Of a stretch of DNA of 24,000 nucleotides, positions 15,225 to 24,000 are shown piece after piece (the stretch's first letter is position 1; the number at the start of each line of letters is the position of its first letter). Under the pieces are notes generated by a model. The model saw nothing but the letters and a program-made list of their open reading frames with translations, ran no database searches and was not told where the DNA came from. This DNA is from Gammaproteobacteria bacterium. GTDB lineage: Bacteria; Pseudomonadota; Gammaproteobacteria; SZUA-229. Location of the stretch: positions 2,782-26,781 of the forward strand of contig QIDK01000269.1 in assembly GCA_003228405.1 (NCBI GenBank), given 5' to 3'. The position numbers and the translations under genes are program-made.

Positions 15225-15567
15225 TCAATATATCTTGTCTGTTTTGATGTACATGCATGAAACATTATGCTTATCTCCCATACTACTAGCAGGGGTAATG
15301 AACGCATAGTGGGCTTTTTTAAGCTGCTTTCATGCAAAGCCATCTTATTATTAATATTTAAACGAAAATAGGCGCAATTGTGATGTTTTTGCCATTTAAG
15401 CCTTTGTCTTCTGACTGTATAATAGCCCGCAAATTTTCTACCTTACAAGGGTTTTGATCATCTTTTTCTGATTTTATTAAAAGATTAAGTACCCCTTACT
15501 AAAATTCCATTATCGAAAGCTATTTAAGAATATAGCTTATTTACACTGCAAAAGCAGGAGTTAAAGA

Positions 15568-16704
15568 ATGCCAATACGTCTGGCAATACCGAACGAAATA
15601 GCAGCGGGTGAACGTCGCATTGCGTGTGACCCGGTGGTTGCAAAAAAATTATCTGAACTGGGTGTTGCTGTCTACATGCAAAAAGATGCTGCTGCGTCTG
15701 CGCATTTTTCCGATGATCAGTTTGCAGACGTCACGCTTATCGAGTCGGCTGAAGAGCTGTATAAAGATGCGGATATTGTTTTTAAGGTTCAGCCGCCTAC
15801 GCTGGAAGAATTAGATATGATGCCCGATGGCTGTGTAATAGCCAGTTTTATGTCACCCCACATCAATCAACATCTCACCCAGCGGATGTGTGAGAAGAAA
15901 ATGACCAGCCTGGCCATGGAACTGGTGCCCCGAATTAGCCGTGCCCAGTCTATGGATGCCCTGTCATCTCAGGCGGGTATAGCCGGATATAAAGGTGTGA
16001 TTATGGGGGCGGATAAAGCCTCAGTGTTTTTCCCCATGCTAACCACGGCGGCAGGCACAATTCGCCCGGCCAGGGTATTAATTATTGGTGCCGGAGTTGC
16101 GGGCCTGCAGGCGATAGCAACCGCAAAACGCCTGGGTGCGATAGTTGAAGCTTATGACGTACGTGGGGCAACTAAAGAGCAATGCGAGTCATTGGGGGCC
16201 AAATTTGTTGATACCGGTGTCAGCGCAGATGGTGAAGGGGGTTATGCCCGGGAACTCAGCGACGAAGAAAAACAGCAACAGCAGGAAGTACTGGATAAAC
16301 ACATCGCTATGTCTGATGTAATTGTCACCACTGCCGCGATTCCCGGCCGACCATCGCCGAAAATAATCAGCGCAGCAGTGGTTGCCAAAATGAAAGTCGG
16401 CTCGGTCATAGTGGATCTGGCTTCAGAAGGCGGCGGCAACTGTGAATTAACTCAGCCGGGTGAAAGCGTAGATTTTGAAGGCCGGGTAACTATTCTCGGG
16501 CCGCTGAATGTTGCCTCTCAGGTGCCGATTCATGCCAGTGAAATGTATGCAAAGAATTTATTTAATCTGCTGTCTCCGTTTATTAAAGAGGGTGAGCTAG
16601 AGTTTGACTGGGAAGATGAGGTCATAAAAAACACCGTACTTACCCATGAGGGTGAAATTAAAGCTGAACGCTACAAGAATACAACAGGGGAGCAGCAATC
16701 ATGA
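15568..16704 (+). CDS. pntAA: NAD(P) transhydrogenase subunit alpha, part 1 (dI, NAD(H)-binding)
   Basis: 378 aa with alanine-dehydrogenase/PNT-type domains and the Rossmann motif VLIIGAGVAGLQAIATAKRLGA. A Shine-Dalgarno (aggag) lies upstream. Confidence 0.9.
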   Translation: MPIRLAIPNEIAAGERRIACDPVVAKKLSELGVAVYMQKDAAASAHFSDDQFADVTLIESAEELYKDADIVFKVQPPTLEELDMMPDGCVIASFMSPHINQHLTQRMCEKKMTSLAMELVPRISRAQSMDALSSQAGIAGYKGVIMGADKASVFFPMLTTAAGTIRPARVLIIGAGVAGLQAIATAKRLGAIVEAYDVRGATKEQCESLGAKFVDTGVSADGEGGYARELSDEEKQQQQEVLDKHIAMSDVIVTTAAIPGRPSPKIISAAVVAKMKVGSVIVDLASEGGGNCELTQPGESVDFEGRVTILGPLNVASQVPIHASEMYAKNLFNLLSPFIKEGELEFDWEDEVIKNTVLTHEGEIKAERYKNTTGEQQS

Positions 16705-17003
16705 TAGAAATTGGTGGCTTCACAGCACTTTATATATTTATGTTATCTGCCTTTACAGGTTATGAAGTCATTAGCCGCGTGCCGGTTATTCTACATACAC
16801 CGATGATGTCAGGCTCTAACTTTATCCACGGCATAGTACTGGTGGGAGCCATTGTTGTAATGGGCGGAGCACAGTCAATATTAGAACAGGTGATTGGCTT
16901 TTTCGCCGTCGCGCTTGCTGCGGGTAATGCGATGGGTGGTTATGTGGCGACGGTGCGCATGCTGGAAATGTTTAATCCTAAAGAGAAGAAGGGCGAGGCG
17001 TAA
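16701..17003 (+). CDS. pntAB: NAD(P) transhydrogenase subunit alpha, part 2 (membrane dII segment)
   Basis: 100-aa hydrophobic protein. It overlaps pntAA by 4 nt (ATGA) and abuts pntB (TAATG), as in three-gene pnt operons. Confidence 0.85.
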   Translation: MIEIGGFTALYIFMLSAFTGYEVISRVPVILHTPMMSGSNFIHGIVLVGAIVVMGGAQSILEQVIGFFAVALAAGNAMGGYVATVRMLEMFNPKEKKGEA

Positions 17004-18415
17004 TGGATATAGTTATTCAGGTAGTATATTTCCTCGCGGCCATTTTATTTATTCTTGGTCTGAAAAAAATGAGCTCCCCGGTAACGGCTACAGGCGGTAT
17101 TGTCTGGGCGGGTATTGGTATGCTGGCCGCCTCGCTAGTTGCCTTTTTTGAACCACATGTGTTTGATCATATGAGCAATGTGGTGCTGATAGTGATTGCG
17201 ATTTCAGTGGGCGCAGGCGTTGCCTATATCACCGCTAAACGGGTACAGATGACCGATATGCCGCAGATGATTGCTATCTATAACGGCATGGGTGGCGGTG
17301 CTGCCGCAGCCATTGCGGCAGTAGAATTAGTGAAAATGGCGGCGGGTTCCGGTGCCGAGGGTGTGCCACATGAATTAAGCGCAACTGCACAGATACTGGC
17401 GGTTATTGGTGCCTTAATCGGTGCTGTTTCATTCTCAGGTTCAGCCATCGCATTTGCCAAACTGCAGGGCATAATGAAGAAAACCATTCGTTTGCCATTG
17501 CATATGATGATAAATCTGGTCCTGTTTACACTTACCCTGGCGGCGGGTGCGATTATTGGTTTCGGTGACGATGTCAGTATTCAGCTGGTACTGCTGTTCT
17601 TTGTTATGGCGCTGGCATTTGGTGTGCTGTTTACTACCCCTATTGGTGGCGCAGATATGCCGGTGGTAATCTCGCTGTTTAATGCATTAACAGGGCTGGC
17701 AGTCGCATTTGAAGGTTTTGTACTGGAAAACGCAGCGATGATTATCGCCGGTACCGTAGTGGGTTCTGCGGGTACCCTGCTGACTCAGTTAATGGCAAAG
17801 GCCATGAATCGCCCGCTTACCAATATCCTGTTTGCCAGCTTCGGCTCCGATGGTGGAGCTGCGGCAGAAGAAGATATCGAAGGCAGCATGAAAGAAATAC
17901 AGGGCCAGGATGCAGCGATTATGATGGCCTATGCCGAAAAAGTTATTATCGTGCCGGGTTATGGTATGGCAGTAGCGCAGGCCCAGCATAAAGTGGCCGA
18001 ACTGACACAGTTACTGGAAAAACGCGGTGTAAGTGTGAAGTTTGCCATCCACCCGGTCGCGGGACGCATGCCGGGGCATATGAATGTACTGCTGGCAGAA
18101 GCGGGAATAGATTATGACAAAATACTGGATCTGGACGAGGTTAATCCCGAGTTCCCAACCGCCGATGTGGCGTTGGTCATAGGTGCCAATGATGTCGTTA
18201 ATCCGGTGGCACGTACTAACCCTGATAGCCCGATATACGGAATGCCCATACTTGATGCCGATATGGCAAGGAACTGTATCGTGATTAAACGGGGCAAGGG
18301 CTCCGGTTTTTCAGGCATTGAAAACCACCTGTTTTATGCTGATAACACCCGTATGTTATACGGTGATGGTCAGAAAGCCGTGGGGGAACTGGTGAGCGGC
18401 ATTAAAGAACTGTAG
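17003..18415 (+). CDS. pntB: NAD(P) transhydrogenase subunit beta (dII+dIII)
   Basis: 470 aa. The N-terminal half is polytopic membrane. The C-terminal NADP(H) domain has PGYGMAVAQAQH, HPVAGRMPGHMNVLLAEA and VIGANDVVNP. Confidence 0.95.
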   Translation: MDIVIQVVYFLAAILFILGLKKMSSPVTATGGIVWAGIGMLAASLVAFFEPHVFDHMSNVVLIVIAISVGAGVAYITAKRVQMTDMPQMIAIYNGMGGGAAAAIAAVELVKMAAGSGAEGVPHELSATAQILAVIGALIGAVSFSGSAIAFAKLQGIMKKTIRLPLHMMINLVLFTLTLAAGAIIGFGDDVSIQLVLLFFVMALAFGVLFTTPIGGADMPVVISLFNALTGLAVAFEGFVLENAAMIIAGTVVGSAGTLLTQLMAKAMNRPLTNILFASFGSDGGAAAEEDIEGSMKEIQGQDAAIMMAYAEKVIIVPGYGMAVAQAQHKVAELTQLLEKRGVSVKFAIHPVAGRMPGHMNVLLAEAGIDYDKILDLDEVNPEFPTADVALVIGANDVVNPVARTNPDSPIYGMPILDADMARNCIVIKRGKGSGFSGIENHLFYADNTRMLYGDGQKAVGELVSGIKEL

Positions 18416-18527
18416 GCTGGGGTGGGAAGGAACCCCAATAAGTTGCACTAGCTGATTTTCTGGTAATTTCGTATATACTCAATAAGACCCATAAAAATTA
18501 TTAAATAGATTAACCAAGAGATCGATC

Positions 18528-19523
18528 GTGCATCAGCCAAATAGTGAAGTTCTAAGTTTATCAAAAGCAGGCAAAAAGCTGATGAAACAGCGTCGTTTTC
18601 GTGATGCTGAAAAGGTCTTTATGCAGGCACTGGATATTGAACCGTCTAATAGTTACATACTGGTTGGCCTGGGCGATCTATTTCGAATTTCCAATGATTT
18701 TAATAAGGCCATTGGTTTTTATACGCGCCTGTTAAAGTCTGATGAATCTAATGTGTTTGCACTGCGTGGAATCGGTGACTGTTTTCGTGGCCTGCGTCAG
18801 CCTGAAAAAGCGGTTGAGTTCTGGGCCAGGTATCTGCAGATAAACCGGGGTGATGTGCATGTTATGGTGCGTCTGGCAGATGCCTGCAAAAGCATGGATC
18901 AGCTGGATAAAGCCGAAAAACTGTATATCGACTCCATTAAAATCCAGCCAAGAGACCGTTATGCACTCATGGGGCTGGGTAATCTCTACTACAAAAATCG
19001 CGAAGATGATAAAGCACTGGGTTATTTTGAAACACTACTCGGGCTAGATGAACATTATGTCGCGGTGCTCACCATGGTCGGCAATATTTATCAGCGTAGA
19101 AGTGATTATACGAATGCTGAGAAATATTATCGCAAGGCAACCGAACTGGAGCCTGATAACTCTTATGCGCTATATGGTTTAGGTAACTGCCAACGGGGTG
19201 CTGGCAATATTGATGAAGCCATTGAGCTATGGGGCAGAATTCTCGATAAAGAACCTTATAATCAAAATATATTAAGCCGCCTGGGCGATGCCTGGATGAG
19301 CAAAGATGAAGCTGATAAAGCCAGAGAGCTTTATGAGCGCAGTCTTGATATGAGCTTTGATGCCTTTGCCTTAATTGGCATGTGTCGCATTTACCGCTCT
19401 CTGGGTGACTTTGTAGAAGCTGAAGCCTGTTGTAACCGGGTGCTCATGGAAAAACCCGGATTTGAACGCGCGATTGAAGAGCTATCACTGGCACTGATTG
19501 ATAAAGATCTGGCTAATAAATAA
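18528..19523 (+). CDS. Tetratricopeptide-repeat (TPR) protein
   Basis: 331 aa made of repeated 34-residue units (A...Y...L...P.N..AL.GLG(D/N)). The start is uncertain: GTG at 18528, or the in-frame ATG 18 codons downstream. Confidence 0.8.
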   Translation: MHQPNSEVLSLSKAGKKLMKQRRFRDAEKVFMQALDIEPSNSYILVGLGDLFRISNDFNKAIGFYTRLLKSDESNVFALRGIGDCFRGLRQPEKAVEFWARYLQINRGDVHVMVRLADACKSMDQLDKAEKLYIDSIKIQPRDRYALMGLGNLYYKNREDDKALGYFETLLGLDEHYVAVLTMVGNIYQRRSDYTNAEKYYRKATELEPDNSYALYGLGNCQRGAGNIDEAIELWGRILDKEPYNQNILSRLGDAWMSKDEADKARELYERSLDMSFDAFALIGMCRIYRSLGDFVEAEACCNRVLMEKPGFERAIEELSLALIDKDLANK

Positions 19524-19628
19524 GCACTTATATGTAAAAGATCTAGCGCGGATAACGGTACTTTATATAAAATCAAAAGCGGTTTACCTCTGTGGTAAAT
19601 GCTTTAAGTCTTTTATACGTTAAGGTAT

Positions 19629-19657
19629 AAAAAAAAGCCCCTCAATGAGGGGCTTTT
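19629..19657. terminator. Bidirectional Rho-independent terminator between convergent genes
   Basis: Reads aaaaaaaa-gcccctc-aat-gaggggc-tttt. An 8-bp stem (19636..19643 pairing with 19647..19654) is flanked by an 8-A run on the left, which gives 8 U for the minus-strand transcript, and a 4-T run on the right. Confidence 0.85.
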
Positions 19658-19683
19658 CACTGCATGTGTATTAACGGGCTGAC

Positions 19684-20622
19684 TTAAAAGTCGTCAGTTT
19701 CGCCACTACCCACTTTCTTTAGTGCATCTTCGATAGCGTCTGGAGCACACATAATACTCATGAACGTTGCGCCGGTTTCACTGGCCATCATAGGAAGATG
19801 TGGCCAGCTAAGCGCTATGCGGAAACGAGCAAACAGGGCTTCAACTGATGATCCATAGACGAGTACCTCATAAGGCAGGTGAGCGCTAGAACGAGGTGTA
19901 TCCCTGTCTATTTTATTCATAATGAATTTATCACCACTGCAGTCTTCATCGTTTTTGCCTTTGAGGGCAACACCGATCAGAGTCATTTGTTTGCCTTCCG
20001 TATCCTTACCTACGTTGATGCTGTAAATCTTGGCAGTGGCACCAAGGCCAGATGCAAGATTAGTTTCAACGGCCTTAACGGCGGCTTCATGGCTGTCATA
20101 TTCGCCCAGATCACTTGGCTCATCAAAATATTCCATCATAATGGTGTAGTGATATTTGCGCATGTCTTCAGCGCTAAGTTCTTTATCGCCTGAACTAAAC
20201 TGGGCTTGTGAGCCCAGTGCTGATTTGAGCTTAGATGAAACACCGTCAAGATTACTGGTCAGTCTATAGGCATTTGCCCAGTATTCAGGATTGGTATAAG
20301 CAACTTCTATTTTGCCCGCATTATCGGTGACTGAGGCACGCATAGCGGCACCATAGCCGCCACGCTCAGATTTTCTGGCCGTAGACTGGAGTTCATCGTT
20401 GGTGAAAATGATGATTTCTACACCACTGTATGGTGCATAGGTGCCAGAAATTTCAAATCCAGCCTCGGTTAGTTTACTTTTGGTAGCCGTAACTGTTTCT
20501 GCCATGTCGCCTGCAGCCGAAGATGCGAGAATAAATGGTTGTACTCTGGCTATGGCATTACCCGCTGATACTAAAGCGACAAGTCCTGCCGCAATGACTA
20601 AACTTCTTGTGGTTCTTATCAT
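19684..20622 (-). CDS. Secreted protein of unknown function
   Basis: 312 aa with a signal peptide (MIRTTRSLVIAAGLVALVSAGNAIA|R) and a Shine-Dalgarno (aggggat) upstream. I do not recognise the family with confidence. Confidence 0.6.
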   Translation of the reverse strand: MIRTTRSLVIAAGLVALVSAGNAIARVQPFILASSAAGDMAETVTATKSKLTEAGFEISGTYAPYSGVEIIIFTNDELQSTARKSERGGYGAAMRASVTDNAGKIEVAYTNPEYWANAYRLTSNLDGVSSKLKSALGSQAQFSSGDKELSAEDMRKYHYTIMMEYFDEPSDLGEYDSHEAAVKAVETNLASGLGATAKIYSINVGKDTEGKQMTLIGVALKGKNDEDCSGDKFIMNKIDRDTPRSSAHLPYEVLVYGSSVEALFARFRIALSWPHLPMMASETGATFMSIMCAPDAIEDALKKVGSGETDDF

Positions 20623-20735
20623 TTTGATCCCCTAAATATAATAATTATGATGAGAGCTGCTTAATCTACTTTCAAAAGTCTAAGAAGGCAAGCAATTGAA
20701 ATTTCTTTTAGTGGGATTTGAGTAAGGGGGGTATC

Positions 20736-21844
<1,109 letters not shown>

Positions 21845-21952
21845 TTATTCTGACGTCCCCGCGTACCTGTGTCGAGAATGCGGTGTCTTTTAAGTCACTG
21901 GATTCTGGCCACAGGCATGACGGAGTATTGTGTCTGCTGTAGAAGTATATAA

Positions 21953-23329
21953 TTAAAAAGTCAAATTAATCGAATTATCTGTCGCTAAAATCTGTTTACG
22001 AAATTTATCCTGAATCTCAGCTAAAGATGCTTTATCTTCTGCTTCAAATCGTAGCACCAGGCAGGGGGTTGTATTAGATGGGCGAATCAGGCCCCAGCCT
22101 TTGTCCCATGTAACACGTAAACCATCAATCGCAGAAATATCGGCATCCCCAAAATCTGCAGAGGATTTAAATTTTTCCATAAAGGCATAATGCTCGCCTT
22201 CTTTAAACATAATCTGAATTTCAGGTGTATTGTAACTATCCGGTAACAAGGAAAAAATTTCTGCAGACGTGCCTTCTTTTTTGCTTAGCAGTTCAAGCAT
22301 GCGGGCGGCACTGTATAATCCATCATCAAAACCATACCAGCGTTCCTTAAAGAAAATATGGCCGGACATTTCACCGGCTAATGCGGCGCCGGTTTCTTTC
22401 ATTTTGGCTTTGATTAAAGAATGGCCTGTTTTCCACATGAGGGGTTCCCCACCCATTTTGGTAATTTCCCTGCCCAGATTATAACTGGATTTAATGTCAT
22501 AAATAATTAATGCACCCGGTTCGCGTGATAACACATCTTCAGAATATAAAATCATCTGCCGATCGGGCCAGATTACGTTCTGTTTATTATCAATAACGCC
22601 AACACGATCGCCATCTCCGTCGAAGGCTAAACCTAATTCTAAATTATTGTCTTTAATGGCGGCACAAATATCAACTAAATTCTCAAGCTTGCTTGGGTCC
22701 GGGTGATGATTTGGAAAAGTACCGTCAACATCACAGAATAATTCGGTCACTTCACAGCCTAATTTTTCAAAAAGCTGGGTAGCGATAACTCCGGCAACAC
22801 CATTGCCACAGTCAACCGCTATTTTCATTGGACGTGCCAGTTTTACATCAGAAACAATGCGCTCTAAATAAGTATCCAGTAACTCTACTTCTCGGTAGCC
22901 ACCTGTAGCCGAATTGAATTCATTAGATTCAATTAAGTCATACAGGCTGGTAATGTCATCACCATAAAGTGTTTTACCTGCCATCGACATTTTAAGGCCA
23001 TTGTATTCTGGTGGATTATGACTGCCGGTCACCATAATGCCAGTGCCAGTTTTTAAATGGTGTGTAGCAAAGTATAAAACCGGTGTGGGTACCATGCCCA
23101 CATCAATTACATCACAACCCCCGGCGTTTAAACCTTCGGTTAGGGCGACGGACAGTTCTTTGCTGTGCAAACGGCCATCACGGCCGATGCAGACTTCTTT
23201 TACATTCTGTTGTAGACATTGCGTGGCAAATGCCTGGCCTACTTTGCGAACTGTATCCGGGGTTAAATCAGTGGCGACTACACCGCGGATATCATACATT
23301 CTAAAAATTGCCGGGTTTACATTACTCAT
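21953..23329 (-). CDS. algC: Phosphomannomutase/phosphoglucomutase (alpha-D-phosphohexomutase)
   Basis: 458 aa with the active-site loop TGSHNPPEYNG, the Mg site FDGDGDR and the sugar-binding GEMSGH. Its position between argB and dut matches Pseudomonas algC synteny. Confidence 0.85.
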   Translation of the reverse strand: MSNVNPAIFRMYDIRGVVATDLTPDTVRKVGQAFATQCLQQNVKEVCIGRDGRLHSKELSVALTEGLNAGGCDVIDVGMVPTPVLYFATHHLKTGTGIMVTGSHNPPEYNGLKMSMAGKTLYGDDITSLYDLIESNEFNSATGGYREVELLDTYLERIVSDVKLARPMKIAVDCGNGVAGVIATQLFEKLGCEVTELFCDVDGTFPNHHPDPSKLENLVDICAAIKDNNLELGLAFDGDGDRVGVIDNKQNVIWPDRQMILYSEDVLSREPGALIIYDIKSSYNLGREITKMGGEPLMWKTGHSLIKAKMKETGAALAGEMSGHIFFKERWYGFDDGLYSAARMLELLSKKEGTSAEIFSLLPDSYNTPEIQIMFKEGEHYAFMEKFKSSADFGDADISAIDGLRVTWDKGWGLIRPSNTTPCLVLRFEAEDKASLAEIQDKFRKQILATDNSINLTF

Positions 23330-23351
23330 TTAAGATTTCCTGAAAAAATTG

Positions 23352-23807
23352 TTATTTATGGCCTGAAGAGCCAAATCCACCTTCACCACGATCACTGTCG
23401 CTAAATTCTTCTACCATTTCAAACTCAACCTGAGCCACGGGTAGAATCACCAGTTGTGCAATTCGGTCTCCTGCATCAATGGTAAACTCAGCTTTGCCTC
23501 GATTCCAGCAGGAAACAAATAACTGGCCCTGATAATCTGAATCTATTAGCCCTACCAGGTTGCCCAGTACGATGCCATGTTTATGGCCTAAACCAGAGCG
23601 GGGTAAAATAGTGGCGGCATAACCCGGATCACTGATATGAATTGCTAGCCCGGTTGGAATCAGTTCAGTATCACCCGGTTTTAAGGTTAAAGAGCCATCA
23701 ATACAGGCACGTAAGTCCATGCCTGCTGAACCCGGCGTGGCATACTCGGGTAAGGGGATTTCCACGCCAATACGTGAGTCGAGAATTTTAAGCTGTAATT
23801 TATGCAT
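23352..23807 (-). CDS. dut: dUTP diphosphatase
   Basis: 151 aa with [38 protein letters not shown] and the C-terminal [10 protein letters not shown]. Confidence 0.95.
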   Translation of the reverse strand: MHKLQLKILDSRIGVEIPLPEYATPGSAGMDLRACIDGSLTLKPGDTELIPTGLAIHISDPGYAATILPRSGLGHKHGIVLGNLVGLIDSDYQGQLFVSCWNRGKAEFTIDAGDRIAQLVILPVAQVEFEMVEEFSDSDRGEGGFGSSGHK

Positions 23808-24000
23808 AATATTGTTTTGCCAGTAATGTCAGTAGTTGTCTGGCCAGCTCGGTTTTTCTGCAGCGCTCTAATGTTTGCTCGCCACCCTGCCCATTGCCCT
23901 GCCAGAAGATTTGCAGTGCATTGTATTCACTATTAAAGCCTGTGTCTTGCTGATCTTCGTGTGCTACCTGATTAGCCGCTATCATGTGGATATTTTTCTG
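23800..24000 (-). CDS. coaBC: Bifunctional phosphopantothenoylcysteine decarboxylase/synthetase CoaBC (Dfp), C-terminal fragment. The gene continues past the right window edge.
   Basis: The reading frame is open to the window edge (..[34 protein letters not shown]..). [14 protein letters not shown] parallels the E. coli Dfp C-terminus GFNSDNNALHLFWQ. It overlaps the dut start by 8 nt, the classical dfp-dut arrangement. Confidence 0.8.
   Translation of the reverse strand, partial: QKNIHMIAANQVAHEDQQDTGFNSEYNALQIFWQGNGQGGEQTLERCRKTELARQLLTLLAKQYYA

Noticed and set aside
15568-18415. The split pntA (378 aa + 100 aa) as a possible frameshifted pseudogene.
   Set aside because: The three-gene pntAA/pntAB/pntB layout with ATGA and TAATG couplings is a known natural architecture. 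Both parts are complete and the junction is clean.

Overview
This is a chromosomal window from a moderately AT-rich gammaproteobacterium. That assignment is inferred from gene content and from the Pseudomonas-type synteny coaBC-dut-algC-argB at the right end. Most of the window is ordinary housekeeping. On the minus strand at the left edge are a TRAP transporter binding-protein fragment and a TatT-like lipoprotein. On the plus strand are priA, fbp, a three-gene split transhydrogenase (pntAA-pntAB-pntB) and a TPR protein. On the minus strand are a Sel1-repeat protein, a DUF523 protein, hemH, an unknown secreted protein, argB, algC, dut and the 3' end of coaBC. The unusual part is a same-strand block at 4666..11056. 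It starts with an HvfA/bufferin-type Cys-repeat (GKCG) secreted peptide gene that has no adjacent DUF692/DUF2063 maturases. Next come an ECF sigma factor broken by a frameshift, a 57-aa ZAS anti-sigma, and a single-TM protein gene broken by a perfect 19-bp tandem duplication. The block ends with a tightly coupled five-gene operon: a DedA protein, a membrane-anchored ATP-grasp ligase, an OlsF-like PlsC+GNAT bifunctional acyltransferase, a DinB-fold protein and an NRDE/TANGO2-like Cys-Ntn protein. I read this operon as a candidate undescribed aminolipid, or possibly peptide-lipidation, system. Other points worth a second look: (1) a roughly 1-kb ORF-free region upstream of priA with a compact DARS-like triplet of DnaA boxes plus two more boxes, nested inverted repeats and a heptamer microsatellite; (2) a decaying 48-bp tandem array that has copied the 3' end of argB. 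No rRNA, tRNA, CRISPR or transposase was seen.
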